From contig CBFIDH010000006.1 of NCBI GenBank assembly GCA_965661405.1, forward strand, positions 2,201-66,200: DNA of 64,000 nt, given 5' to 3'. This DNA comes from Candidatus Puniceispirillales bacterium. Lineage in GTDB: Bacteria > Pseudomonadota > Alphaproteobacteria > Puniceispirillales > UBA1172. The notes under the pieces were generated by a model that was given only the letters and a program-made list of their open reading frames with translations, searched no databases and had not been told where the DNA came from. This document shows, piece by piece, positions 8,732 through 18,154 of the stretch. The first letter of the stretch is position 1; every line of letters starts with the position of its first letter. Both the position numbers and the translations under genes were made by a program.

Positions 8732-9178
8732 ATGGCAACACTGACAACACATTTTGGTATCAATTGGACCTGTCGTCATACATGGCGGCGATCATCATAT
8801 AACACCATGTGGTGTCTGATTGGCTGTTCCATTGGTGATTTTGGAACGATAGCCTTTTTTCAATATTCGGGTATTCCGTGGCCAACATTACATATCATGA
8901 CACTTGCCATCATTAACGGATTGCTGACCTCAATCATTCTGGAAACTTTTATCCTGTCGCGCCAGATGGCGTTAAAGATCGCGTTCAAAACCGCGATTGG
9001 GATGTCCTTTCTGTCCATGATCGCCATGGAAATAGCCATGAATCTAGTGGATGTTATCTTGACCGGGGGGGCAAAGTTGACGTGGTGGGTGATACCCTTA
9101 ATGCTGATAGCAGGCTTTATCACGCCCCTTCCCTATAATTATTGGCGGCTAAAAGCATTAGGGAAAGCGTGCCATTAA
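8732..9178 (+). CDS. DUF4396 family membrane protein
   Basis: Start taken at ATG 8732, with a GAGGA SD 5 nt upstream. The protein has 4 TM helices and the CLIGCSIGDFG motif, and is divergent from cueR. Confidence 0.65.
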   Translation: MATLTTHFGINWTCRHTWRRSSYNTMWCLIGCSIGDFGTIAFFQYSGIPWPTLHIMTLAIINGLLTSIILETFILSRQMALKIAFKTAIGMSFLSMIAMEIAMNLVDVILTGGAKLTWWVIPLMLIAGFITPLPYNYWRLKALGKACH

Positions 9179-9212
9179 TCCCCAAGATAAGGGGGCCTTA
9201 TTCGCGCCTCTA

Positions 9213-10091
9213 TCAGACACGAAGGCAGACGTCATCATAAGGATGGCGGCTGGTAATTTTACCGTCATAGGTAAAGATATCTAGCATGGCGTCATAGCCC
9301 TTATCCGTGATCGCCATATGGCGCGGCCAACACCCCATATCCTGATAAGCTTTGATACACTCCGCCAGCACCGCTTCGTCGGTATTGGGAAATAGCGGTT
9401 TTTGGGCGGCGGCGATATCGGTTGCAGAAGTATCATTCATGTAATCGCGTGTGTTTTGATAAGCACGGCAAAAGGCTTTGCCTTCATCTGTGGCTAACCA
9501 ATCTGGCATAGCCGCAAGGCTGGAAAAGGCGCATGGCTCGATCACTGGCCCAAGGGCCGCGACAACATAACCTGCTTTGTCTGCTTCAAGCTGTTGTGGG
9601 GCGGGGCCTTGTTGGTGGATATATTGGCCTTCGCCACGGCGAAAGGCGGCGTCCATCTCTTTGGCATTTCCAGCATCAATAATCTTGATTTTATTGATAT
9701 CAATACCAGCCTTATGACAAGCAAAGGTGAACATTGTCATAGGCTGACCACCATGATGAACCAGCACTTCTGCGCCCTCAAGATGTGACCATTTAAAGCT
9801 CGCATCAGGTTCGCGGCTAGTGATAAAAAACCCGTCCATATCGTTAATCAAGGCAAAATGACGCGATGTGTTCGGCTGACCTTTTTCCAAACGATTAAAC
9901 CCTTGGCTGATGGTGGATTGAACAACCTGTGCTGTGCCATCTTCAAGGGCGGCAATCGCCGAGGTGCCGGGGGCCGCAACACTCCAGTCATAGCTCAACC
10001 CTTCTTGTTCAAGAAAATCACCAGTCATCGTAGAAATCAGAGGCGAGTAGAAAGCCGAAAAAAGGGTAAATTGAATATGAATATGCGCCAT
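9213..10091 (-). CDS. NMT1/THI5-like (periplasmic-binding-fold) protein without a signal peptide
   Basis: 292 aa. The overall pattern resembles SsuA/NMT1-type binding proteins. This assignment is weak. Confidence 0.45.
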   Translation of the reverse strand: MAHIHIQFTLFSAFYSPLISTMTGDFLEQEGLSYDWSVAAPGTSAIAALEDGTAQVVQSTISQGFNRLEKGQPNTSRHFALINDMDGFFITSREPDASFKWSHLEGAEVLVHHGGQPMTMFTFACHKAGIDINKIKIIDAGNAKEMDAAFRRGEGQYIHQQGPAPQQLEADKAGYVVAALGPVIEPCAFSSLAAMPDWLATDEGKAFCRAYQNTRDYMNDTSATDIAAAQKPLFPNTDEAVLAECIKAYQDMGCWPRHMAITDKGYDAMLDIFTYDGKITSRHPYDDVCLRV

Positions 10092-10392
10092 AAGTGGTTT
10101 CCTTTATATGATTAGGCGACCGAATATGTTGATCTTAGGTGAACCAGACAGGTTGTCAACCTGACGCCCATCTAGGCATATGGTCAATCCTAAAGATCGC
10201 TTTCCTAGGCACGAGACTGAAATAGCCATCCCCAAAAGAGATTTTTCAGCAATTTAAATTTATCTGGCTTTTGGGCGCACAAAGTGCCATAAGCGGATAC
10301 CTTATCACGTTGATAAGGGGGTCAACGCTTTGCTTCTCTACAGAAAATGAAGTTGTTTGACGATTAGCAACTCACTTCTTAAGGAGAAGTTC

Positions 10393-10599
10393 ATGCCAAA
10401 TGGCACCGTAAAATGGTTCAACGAAACCAAAGGTTATGGGTTTATCGAACCCGAAGATAAGTCACAGGACATTTTTGTCCATATTTCCGCTGTGAAAAAT
10501 GCCGGAATGCAGACTCTTGCTGAAAACCAGCAGGTCAGCTTTGATGTTGAAACAGGCAAGAACGGCAAAAGCTCTGCTGTTAATCTTAGCGCTGTTTAA
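10393..10599 (+). CDS. cspA: cold-shock protein, CspA family
   Basis: MPNGTVKWFNETKGYGFIEPED...DIFVHISA contains the RNP1/RNP2 motifs. An AAGGAG SD is present. Confidence 0.95.
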   Translation: MPNGTVKWFNETKGYGFIEPEDKSQDIFVHISAVKNAGMQTLAENQQVSFDVETGKNGKSSAVNLSAV

Positions 10600-10621
10600 T
10601 CCATCATATCTTACATTTCTT

Positions 10622-10648
10622 AAAGCTGGCCTTCGGGCCAGCTTTTTT
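10622..10648 (+). terminator. rho-independent terminator after cspA
   Basis: AAAGCTGGCC-TTCG-GGCCAGCTTT hairpin followed by a T run. Confidence 0.8.
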
Positions 10649-10688
10649 AATGCCATCATTCATGATGATGACATCATGTGGAGTGGTT

Positions 10689-11642
10689 TTATCTAAGGCG
10701 GATTTTTATCACCAGAGGCATCTTACGTGCCTCTTCTCGAATAAAGATGACCATTCCGCACATCACAATCATGATCATGCCAACAATAGAATACCCATCT
10801 GGCACTTCACCAAAAGCAACATAGCCCATGATAATAGATACCACCAAAAGTGAGTATTCAAACGGCGCAATGATGGGCGGCTGTGCAATACGGTAGGCAG
10901 AGATGAGCAATAGCATCCCAATTGTGCCAACAACCGAAACCGTCATTATTGCCAATAAAATCGTGGCATCTGTGAATGACCATGCCCTGAAGACATATTC
11001 AAGCCCCTTCACCCCGTCAAAAGACAGACCAAACCAATTGACAACAAGAAGCATCAAAAGACCATAAAACAAACTGCCTAAATACATATGAATGGTCTGC
11101 TGAAACACCGTGTCCTTATCGCGCGTATGTTTGGCGATCATCATGGAAATAGCATAGGTTAGCGCAGTAACAATCGGCAGAAGATAAGCCCATTCAAAAT
11201 TAGTGGTGCTAGGTTTAACAATCAGAGCCGTGCCAATGAAACCAATAATAATTGCAACGACACGATATAACCCCACCTGATATTTTAAGAAAAACCACGA
11301 CAGAAGGGTGATAAATAGCGGGCTGATGAAAAAGATTGCCGTTGCCTCAGCGAGAGGCATAAGGGAAAGCGAGATATAAAAGCTCATAAAACCGATGAAA
11401 AAGAAGGTTGAGCGAATGAGCGTCAACAACGGATAGCCCGTGCTTAGTTTGATAGGCCGACCTGATAGATAGAGATAAGCCAGAATAACCATTCCGCCAA
11501 TAAAAGAGCGCAAAACATAAATCTGAAGCAATGACCCTTCTTCAGCCAACAGCTTAATCATCAAATCCTGAATGCTAAACAGTGACATTCCAACCATGAT
11601 CAGAATAATGCCTAACCTATCATGTGACATCACCGTCTCCAT
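10689..11642 (-). CDS. DMT superfamily (EamA) transporter
   Basis: About 10 TM helices in two EamA-like halves. The start may instead be ATG 11630. Confidence 0.8.
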   Translation of the reverse strand: METVMSHDRLGIILIMVGMSLFSIQDLMIKLLAEEGSLLQIYVLRSFIGGMVILAYLYLSGRPIKLSTGYPLLTLIRSTFFFIGFMSFYISLSLMPLAEATAIFFISPLFITLLSWFFLKYQVGLYRVVAIIIGFIGTALIVKPSTTNFEWAYLLPIVTALTYAISMMIAKHTRDKDTVFQQTIHMYLGSLFYGLLMLLVVNWFGLSFDGVKGLEYVFRAWSFTDATILLAIMTVSVVGTIGMLLLISAYRIAQPPIIAPFEYSLLVVSIIMGYVAFGEVPDGYSIVGMIMIVMCGMVIFIREEARKMPLVIKIRLR

Positions 11643-11787
11643 GGCTATTACTAGCTCTGAAGATCAGCTAAATTTTCAAACAAAACAAGGTATTAAATCA
11701 GAATGGTTTTGTCGCATTATGACTATTAATAAGTGTATTTGCGACCAAGTTTTCTGTTTCCGACAACTCCGGGAACATCACATCGCG

Positions 11788-12549
11788 TTACAGAATTGAG
11801 ATCAGGATCAACCGACATCCCATGATCAGAAAAAAGATCAGGATGAGGCGGCGAAACCATGGCTGTGAGATATACGCCCTTATGCGCTCACCGATGACAA
11901 AACCAGCTAGGGCAATGACCAAACCTGCAAGAGACTTGATCAGAATATCCATTGTCAGAACGCCATTAAGAATAAGAGCGCCAACAAGCGGTAAGCATCC
12001 AGCAAGGAACAGAAAGCCTGTCGCCCCTATGAACTCGTCCTTTTCCACATTACGCCCAAGCAGATACATGACAATTGGCGGTGAGAAAACCGAACTAAGA
12101 CCGCCAACAAACCCTGATGCGACACCGCCAAGAACTTGCCATCCTTGCCAAGAAGAAATCCGAACACTAAAGCCCGCGAGGGACTGCACCGAAAAAATTA
12201 CCATGGCAATACCCAGCACCAAGAGCAAAAGCGCTTCGGGAAAAGAGCGAACAAAATATCCAATGATAAAAATTGACGCTGATAAAGAACCGGCAAAAAG
12301 ACCGTAACGCCGGACAATAACGCCGCGATCTTTGGCGCGGTAAAGTTGCAGCATATTGACAATCATGGTGGGGGTTGCCGTTAATGGAATGGCGACCAGA
12401 GGCGGTAAGAATAAGGTCATCAACACCATACAAATCGCGGGCATTCCGATCCCGATCATGCCCTTAACCAATCCCGCCAGAAGAAAAATAAAACCAAGGG
12501 CAAACAGCACCCCGGTTTCCGTCTGGATGAGCATCATGGCATCATCCAT
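11788..12549 (-). CDS. TauE/SafE family sulfite/anion exporter
   Basis: Multi-TM with G-rich helices (LVKGMIGIGMP, GGLSSVFSPP). The start taken is the ATG at 12549, which shares one base with the upstream ORF's TAA (TAATG). Confidence 0.8.
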   Translation of the reverse strand: MDDAMMLIQTETGVLFALGFIFLLAGLVKGMIGIGMPAICMVLMTLFLPPLVAIPLTATPTMIVNMLQLYRAKDRGVIVRRYGLFAGSLSASIFIIGYFVRSFPEALLLLVLGIAMVIFSVQSLAGFSVRISSWQGWQVLGGVASGFVGGLSSVFSPPIVMYLLGRNVEKDEFIGATGFLFLAGCLPLVGALILNGVLTMDILIKSLAGLVIALAGFVIGERIRAYISQPWFRRLILIFFLIMGCRLILISIL

Positions 12550-12779
12550 TACACAGGAAACCCACAGAAACTGGCGATAGCACGAGCCATGTCTAGGCCG
12601 CGTGTGGTGAGAGGCAAAATCCCAATAGAAATCACAGCAATGATCAGCCAAACCGTCCAAATCCAGCGATCACCGCCAGATGACTTATGGGCGTTGTGAT
12701 CATCCTCTGCATGAGGCGTATCTTGAGCCGCCAGAGATTGATCAGGGTAACGGTCATGTGTTTTCGGTTGATCTGCCAT
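12549..12779 (-). CDS. small membrane protein, translationally coupled to the TauE gene
   Basis: 76 aa with one TM helix (WIWTVWLIIAVISIGILPL). An AAGGA SD lies upstream, and its stop overlaps the TauE start. Confidence 0.5.
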   Translation of the reverse strand: MADQPKTHDRYPDQSLAAQDTPHAEDDHNAHKSSGGDRWIWTVWLIIAVISIGILPLTTRGLDMARAIASFCGFPV

Positions 12780-12805
12780 AGGTGTTGATCCTTATGGAAA
12801 GCGGT

Positions 12806-12997
12806 TCAGGTGCGAACAACAAACTCCATCCCAGATTGATTGCCGACATAAATATTCGGCTTATGGCGATAGAGTTTTATGATCAGGTCGCCAAGGGCAA
12901 CATCAAATCCATCAGGTCTGATGCGAATAATCTTACCGGTGGCAGTGACATCCGTTTCTGTGCATACTACCGTAACTTTTTTATCAAGAGTCAGCAT
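12806..12997 (-). CDS. hypothetical 63-aa protein
   Basis: The ORF starts 2 nt after the DUF2237 stop and is co-directional with it. No family recognised. Confidence 0.45.
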   Translation of the reverse strand: MLTLDKKVTVVCTETDVTATGKIIRIRPDGFDVALGDLIIKLYRHKPNIYVGNQSGMEFVVRT

Positions 12998-12999
12998 TT

Positions 13000-13407
13000 T
13001 TATTCTCTTTCTGTTTGGTTTCCATCATCGGCGGCGGCCTTTAAATGCTCAAGCTGGCAGATATTGAGGCTTGCTAGATTAGTGGCCTCAAGTACGACTT
13101 TTGGAGCTTTGCCAGCTTGCCGGGCTTGCTCCCATCTGCCAGCACATAAACACCAGCGATCACCAGGTTTAAGACCTGCAAATCCATATTCCGGCCTTGG
13201 GGTAGAGAGGTCATTTCCTGCCGCTTTGCTGTAATTTAGAAACTCGGCTGTCATGACGGCGCAAACGGTGTGTGATCCAGCATCTTCTGGCCCCGTATCA
13301 CAACATCCGGTGCGATAAAACCCTGTCATAGGCTGTTCAGAACAACTGGCTAATACGCCGCCGATGACATTTCGCTGCCTGCCATTTCCGCCAGAATATC
13401 CATCCAT
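13000..13407 (-). CDS. DUF2237 family protein
   Basis: TGFYRTGCCDTGPEDAGSHTVCAVMT and GDRWCLCAGRW are typical DUF2237 motifs. Confidence 0.8.
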   Translation of the reverse strand: MDGYSGGNGRQRNVIGGVLASCSEQPMTGFYRTGCCDTGPEDAGSHTVCAVMTAEFLNYSKAAGNDLSTPRPEYGFAGLKPGDRWCLCAGRWEQARQAGKAPKVVLEATNLASLNICQLEHLKAAADDGNQTERE

Positions 13408-13440
13408 TGTATTTTCCTCATTCTCATGTGATCAGCTTGT

Positions 13441-14148
13441 CTATTTAGCCACAATCAATGTTTGACTTTCTGTTTCAATAGCCTCTTCCAGACGCTGCAT
13501 CAATTCTTGTCTGGACAGACCCGGCGGTATTGGCGGCAGAGTGCTGACAACAATCTCACCCGGCGTTTTGGCAATCGTGTCTTTCGGCCAAAAACACCCA
13601 GAGTTTAGCGCCACAGGCACAATCTCAAGCCCAGTCGCCGCGTATATCGCATAAATACCGCTATGATAGGGGTGTTCCTGCCCCGGCGCAAGTCTGGTAC
13701 CTTGTGGGAAAATCAAAAGGTTGCGGCCTGTGGCGGCGGCCTGTTTGCTGACCCGGATCATTTGTTTCAAGGCCGCTTTGCCTTGGCTTCGGTCAATGCC
13801 CATCACCCCGAACCGCAACAGATATAACCCAAAAATAGGTATCCATAAGAGAGACCGTTTCATCACCGTTACTGGCCTGCCAAACAATGCCAGCAAAACA
13901 ATAGTCTCCCATGCGGATTGATGCTTAACCGCATAGATGACCTGCCTGTCTGGTCTCTCACCTTCAAATCGTGAAGTGATACCGCAGATCAGCCACAGCA
14001 AAATCATCATCATCCGTGCCCATAACCATTGCCAGAAAAAGGTCGCGGCTTGCGGCAAGATCAGCAAAGGCAGGCCAAGGATTGCCATAACAATAGTGTT
14101 GCCGTAAAACAGAATAGAGAATATCAGACCACGGATAAAACGCATCAT
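13441..14148 (-). CDS. plsC: 1-acyl-sn-glycerol-3-phosphate acyltransferase
   Basis: KHQSAWE acyltransferase motif, FPQGTR block and an N-terminal TM helix. Start taken at MMRFIRG. Confidence 0.8.
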   Translation of the reverse strand: MMRFIRGLIFSILFYGNTIVMAILGLPLLILPQAATFFWQWLWARMMMILLWLICGITSRFEGERPDRQVIYAVKHQSAWETIVLLALFGRPVTVMKRSLLWIPIFGLYLLRFGVMGIDRSQGKAALKQMIRVSKQAAATGRNLLIFPQGTRLAPGQEHPYHSGIYAIYAATGLEIVPVALNSGCFWPKDTIAKTPGEIVVSTLPPIPPGLSRQELMQRLEEAIETESQTLIVAK

Positions 14149-14196
14149 GACACCAGACAATGATAGTTGGACTCTCATGAATGTCATACCATCATC

Positions 14197-14559
14197 ATGA
14201 CCTCCATTTCCACCACTGATCACCATTGGCAGAAAAAAGTTCTCGATATTCTGAGATCATTAGCCCAAAATCGCCAGATCATCACCTATGCTGATCTTGC
14301 TGATCTGGCGGCTATTCCCTCACCTCATCGTATTCATCAGCTCGCGGAATATCTTGAACATTTGATTGCCGAGGACGCTAGAGCAAAACGACCTTTGCGG
14401 GCGGCGGTTGTGATTAGCAAGACCGCACGCGCAATTCCGGCAGAGGGATTTTTTGATTGCTGTGAGGCGCATTTTATCTCGCGTCAAACTGGTGAAGATG
14501 CCGCCGCCATGCACGCGCGCTTATTAGCCGCCCTCTATCAAGCTGAGGCACAGATATAA
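14197..14559 (+). CDS. hypothetical protein
   Basis: About 120 aa from ATG 14197. No family recognised. Confidence 0.45.
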   Translation: MTSISTTDHHWQKKVLDILRSLAQNRQIITYADLADLAAIPSPHRIHQLAEYLEHLIAEDARAKRPLRAAVVISKTARAIPAEGFFDCCEAHFISRQTGEDAAAMHARLLAALYQAEAQI

Positions 14560-14904
14560 TCAGGCTTTGATAATAACAAAACGCAAAACACCATTTGCAT
14601 CTTCGGTCTGGTCGATGAGCTGATGCCCTCCCACCTCACAGAAATGGGCAAAATCTAATGGCGCGGCAGGATCATCCGCCAGCACCACCAATTGCTCACC
14701 ACTTCTGATGTCAGAGATGCGCCGCCGCGCTTTCAACACTGGTAACGGGCATTTCAACCCTGTGGCATCCAGCAGTTGTTCTAGGTTAACATCTGATGTC
14801 ATATTGGCGTTATTGCTCATGGCGTTATTGCTCATGAGGTTAGAAATAACAGTTTTCTCCATAAAGGCAACCTGACAAGCGGTTTCACCACCCCCTATGA
14901 TCAA
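14560..14904 (-). CDS. TusA/SirA-family sulfur carrier protein
   Basis: LDATGLKCPLPVLKARRR is the catalytic CPxP motif. The start is uncertain, with several in-frame ATGs (MSNNAMSNNANMTSD). Confidence 0.75.
   Translation of the reverse strand: MIIGGGETACQVAFMEKTVISNLMSNNAMSNNANMTSDVNLEQLLDATGLKCPLPVLKARRRISDIRSGEQLVVLADDPAAPLDFAHFCEVGGHQLIDQTEDANGVLRFVIIKA
14806..14835. repeat. tandem duplication, GGCGTTATTGCTCAT x2, period 15
   Basis: Read directly. It encodes MSNNA-MSNNA in the TusA N-terminal region. Confidence 0.9.
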
Positions 14905-14976
14905 TTCTATCCCAATGATGCGCTGATGATGCGGCTTTTGCTTGCCAAAAGTAAGGCGATTGCCTGATAACAGGGC

Positions 14977-15693
14977 ATGAGCATTTGGGTAACTATTCTG
15001 GGCGGAGCCGCCGGGCTTGCTATTGGCGGGCCTATTGGTGGTCTTATCGGCGCCCTAGCCGGACACGCGATTGACCATTATCGTGATGGACAGGATGAAC
15101 ATCTGCGCCAAAATGTTGCCTTTTCTGTCGCTTTGGTTGCTTTGTCGGCTAAAATGGCAAAATCGGATGGCAAGGTGACTTTGGATGAGGTTGTGGCCTT
15201 TCGGGAAAAGGTTGATATCGCTGATGAGGATATCGCCCATGTTGGCCAATTATGGGATTTAGCACGCCAAACGCCAGCCGGATATGAGGGCTATGCCCGG
15301 CAGTTACGGCAATTATTTGGGCCAAAGGCGGCTGTCTTTGAACACGTGATGGCGTTGCTCTTTCATATTGCTAACGCGGATGGAAAGATCACCGATAAGG
15401 AACATGAATATCTTTATCATGTCGCCATAGAATTAGGCTTTGATGAGGCCGCCTTTCAGCGTTTTGAAATGCTCTATCGGGATGATAGCGATAACCCCTA
15501 TCACATCTTGAATATCAGCCCTGATGCCGATATGACAGTGGTCAGGCAAGCGTGGCTCAAACTAGTCAGGCAACACCATCCCGATCATTTACAAGCCATG
15601 GGATTGCCAAAAGAGTTTATTCGTTCCGCCACAGAAAAGGTGGCTAATATCAACGCGGCCTATGAACGCATCAAAACCATGCGTGTGGGGTAA
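14977..15693 (+). CDS. djlA: DjlA-type co-chaperone (TM, TerB-like and J domains)
   Basis: G-rich N-terminal TM helix, TerB-like middle region, and a C-terminal J domain (YHILNISPDAD...HHPD). Confidence 0.75.
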   Translation: MSIWVTILGGAAGLAIGGPIGGLIGALAGHAIDHYRDGQDEHLRQNVAFSVALVALSAKMAKSDGKVTLDEVVAFREKVDIADEDIAHVGQLWDLARQTPAGYEGYARQLRQLFGPKAAVFEHVMALLFHIANADGKITDKEHEYLYHVAIELGFDEAAFQRFEMLYRDDSDNPYHILNISPDADMTVVRQAWLKLVRQHHPDHLQAMGLPKEFIRSATEKVANINAAYERIKTMRVG

Positions 15694-15696
15694 GGT

Positions 15697-17634
15697 ATGG
15701 CAGAAAACCTGCTTAGTGTTCATGATATTGGTGTCAATCTGGGTGACCGATGGTTGTTGCGTGGGGTAGATGTCAGCCTTGAGGTTGGTGACAGATTATG
15801 TCTGGTTGGCCGCAATGGCGCGGGTAAGTCCACCTTGATGAAAATCATGGCCGGGCTTGCCGAAACCGATGAAGGATCACTGTGGGTTGCCCCCGGCAAA
15901 ACGGTATCCTATCTGCCGCAAGCCCCAGCGCTTCCCAAAGGGATGAGCCTATCCAGCATTGTTCAGCACGGTACCGGAAGTGATGGAGACAGCGTTATTC
16001 CGCCACATAAAGCCGATGCCTATCTGACCAGAATGGGCATGGACCCCAACCGATTAAGTGATGGGCTTTCGGGTGGAGAATCTCGGCGTGTTGCGCTGGC
16101 ACGGGCATTAGTAAAAGAGCCTGATGTTCTGCTGATGGATGAACCGACCAATCACCTTGATCTGCCCACTATCACTTGGATGGAAGATCTGTTGACGACA
16201 CATACCGGAGCATTGGTAGTGATTAGCCATGACCGCGCCTTTCTTAAGCGCATTGGCAGCGGCACATTATGGATTGATAATGGCAAGTGCCGTCGCCGCC
16301 AAGGTGGATTTGATGGCTTTGACGAATGGGCCGAAGTGATTCTAGCCGAAGAACAGGTGCGGCGCGAAAAACTGGATAAACGGATTTCATCAGAAACAAG
16401 ATGGTCACGCGAAGGCATCAGCGCCAGACGCAAAAGAAACCAAGGGCGGATGCGTGAATTGCAAGAAATGCGGCAAACCAGAGCAACCATGGCCGCGGGC
16501 GCCGGACGCAGTGGCCGCATGATGACTGCCAGCACCGAAGGCGGCGGCCAGATTGTCCTTGAGGCCATTGACTTAACGGCTAGCGTTCCTGCACCAGCAA
16601 CCCTTGCCAGCACATCTGTTACCGCCGGATCACCACAGACAGTTGAGAAAGCATCATCGGGTCAAGCATCATCGGGTCAACCTGCACGGCGAACCTTGTT
16701 TAAGCATTTTAATCAGATTATCCGCAAAGGTGATCGTATCGGTATCATTGGCCCCAATGGGGCTGGAAAATCAACATTGGTAAAAATCCTCCTTGATCAG
16801 CTTGCCCCCGATGCAGGCAGGGTGAAGGTGGGATATGGGCTTGAAGCCTCTTATTTTGATCAGCAGCGTGAAGCCCTCAGCCCAGATCAAACCCCATGGC
16901 AGGTGCTTTGCCCCGATGGTGGTGACACTGTGGAACGGCAAGGCAGAACAGTTCATGTCAAACGCTATCTGCAAGATTTCCTTTTTGACGAATATAAAGT
17001 TACGCAAAGGGTACGAACACTCTCCGGCGGTGAACAAAACCGCCTTTTGCTAGCGCGGCTTTTTGTTGAACAACACAATATGCTTGTGCTGGATGAACCG
17101 ACTAATGATTTGGATATGGAAACCTTGGAATTGCTGCAAGAGGTGATCGCCGATTATAAAGGGACTATCATTATCATCAGCCATGACCGTGATTTCATTG
17201 ATCGCACCGTCACCGCGGTGATGGCGTTTGAAGATGATGGGCGCATCATTACCCATGCTGGCGGCTATTCCGACTATCTGGCTCGGCGACAAAAACAGCA
17301 CAGCCGAAAGACAGACCTATCATCAAGCAAACCTAAAGCGGCACAAAAACCCAAGCGTCCCGACAGGCCGCATGACCGCAAGCTGAGTTTCAAAGATAAA
17401 CACGCCTTAGAAACCCTGCCCGCAGAAATGGCATCATTAGAAAAAAGCATCCGCGCCACTGAGGAAAAACTGGCTGACCCTGATCTGTTTAGCCGTGATG
17501 CTGATTTGTTTCAGTTGCTGGTCAATCAGCTTAGCAGTGAACGCGAATTGCTGGCTCGGCAAGAAGAACGATGGCTCGAAGCCGCGCTCTTGCAACAAGA
17601 GATTGAGGAAAGTGACAGCGACGATGCCATATGA
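15697..17634 (+). CDS. uup: ABC-F family ATPase, Uup-like
   Basis: Two ABC cassettes (GRNGAGKST / LSGGE, and GPNGAGKST / LSGGEQNR), no TM domain, and a coiled C-terminal tail. Confidence 0.85.
   Translation: MAENLLSVHDIGVNLGDRWLLRGVDVSLEVGDRLCLVGRNGAGKSTLMKIMAGLAETDEGSLWVAPGKTVSYLPQAPALPKGMSLSSIVQHGTGSDGDSVIPPHKADAYLTRMGMDPNRLSDGLSGGESRRVALARALVKEPDVLLMDEPTNHLDLPTITWMEDLLTTHTGALVVISHDRAFLKRIGSGTLWIDNGKCRRRQGGFDGFDEWAEVILAEEQVRREKLDKRISSETRWSREGISARRKRNQGRMRELQEMRQTRATMAAGAGRSGRMMTASTEGGGQIVLEAIDLTASVPAPATLASTSVTAGSPQTVEKASSGQASSGQPARRTLFKHFNQIIRKGDRIGIIGPNGAGKSTLVKILLDQLAPDAGRVKVGYGLEASYFDQQREALSPDQTPWQVLCPDGGDTVERQGRTVHVKRYLQDFLFDEYKVTQRVRTLSGGEQNRLLLARLFVEQHNMLVLDEPTNDLDMETLELLQEVIADYKGTIIIISHDRDFIDRTVTAVMAFEDDGRIITHAGGYSDYLARRQKQHSRKTDLSSSKPKAAQKPKRPDRPHDRKLSFKDKHALETLPAEMASLEKSIRATEEKLADPDLFSRDADLFQLLVNQLSSERELLARQEERWLEAALLQQEIEESDSDDAI
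16651..16680. repeat. tandem duplication, GCATCATCGGGTCAA x2, period 15
   Basis: Read directly. It encodes ASSGQ-ASSGQ in the inter-cassette linker of the ABC-F protein. Confidence 0.9.
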
Positions 17635-17650
17635 TCCACAGTCACCTTGC

Positions 17651-17679
17651 TTGACATCAATAGCCCCGCGACATAGAAA
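17651..17679 (+). promoter_or_regulatory. candidate promoter of rnpB
   Basis: TTGACA (17651-17656), 17 nt, TAGAAA (17674-17679), about 6 nt before the predicted RNA 5' end. Confidence 0.35.
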
Positions 17680-17685
17680 AAGATC

Positions 17686-18052
17686 GGGTCAGATGGTCGG
17701 ATGATCGCTGTTTCGGCAGAGGAAAGTCCGGGCTCCAGAAAACCACGGTGCCGGATAACATCCGGCGAGGGCGACCTTAGGGAAAGTGCCACAGAAAACA
17801 AACCGCCGTCTTATGACGGTAAGGGTGAAACGGTGCGGTACGAGCGCACCGCGGTTTCGGTAACGAAACTGGCAGGGAAAACCCCACCGGGAGCAAGACC
17901 AGATAGGAACAGGATGCCCTTGAGGCAAGGGATGGTTTTCTCTCTATGTTCGGGTAGGTCGCATGAGGCGCGAAGGTAACTTCCGTCCAAGATGAATGAT
18001 CATCCTACCGCCTTGGCGGTGGACAGAACCCGGCTTATAGACCATCTGACCC
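17686..18052 (+). ncRNA. rnpB: RNase P RNA, bacterial type A
   Basis: GAGGAAAGTCCGGGCTCC (17719-17736) and ACAGAACCCGGCTTA (18022-18036) are the P4 strands. The terminal helix GGGTCAGATGGTC / GACCATCTGACCC closes P1. Confidence 0.9.
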
Positions 18053-18154
18053 ATTCCTATTTTGGGAATATCATCTTTTCTGCGCCGCCTTAAACATTTA
18101 TTAAGAAGATCACGATAGACTGTTCCGTGAGATTAAAACGGAGCTGATATCATC

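Noticed and set aside
11822-12307. 161-aa plus-strand ORF
   Set aside because: It is antisense to the TauE/SafE gene. It is Arg/Pro/Thr-rich with no family resemblance.
12782-13234. 150-aa plus-strand ORF
   Set aside because: It is antisense to the 63-aa ORF and the DUF2237 gene. DUF2237 has clear family motifs and this ORF has none.
16152-16613. 153-aa minus-strand ORF inside uup
   Set aside because: It is antisense to the ABC-F gene. Its Arg/Ala/Ser-rich sequence marks it as a shadow ORF.
17526-17979. Several 69-92 aa ORFs on both strands after uup
   Set aside because: They lie on the RNase P RNA gene, where the P4 motifs and terminal helix are clearly present. These are spurious ORFs.
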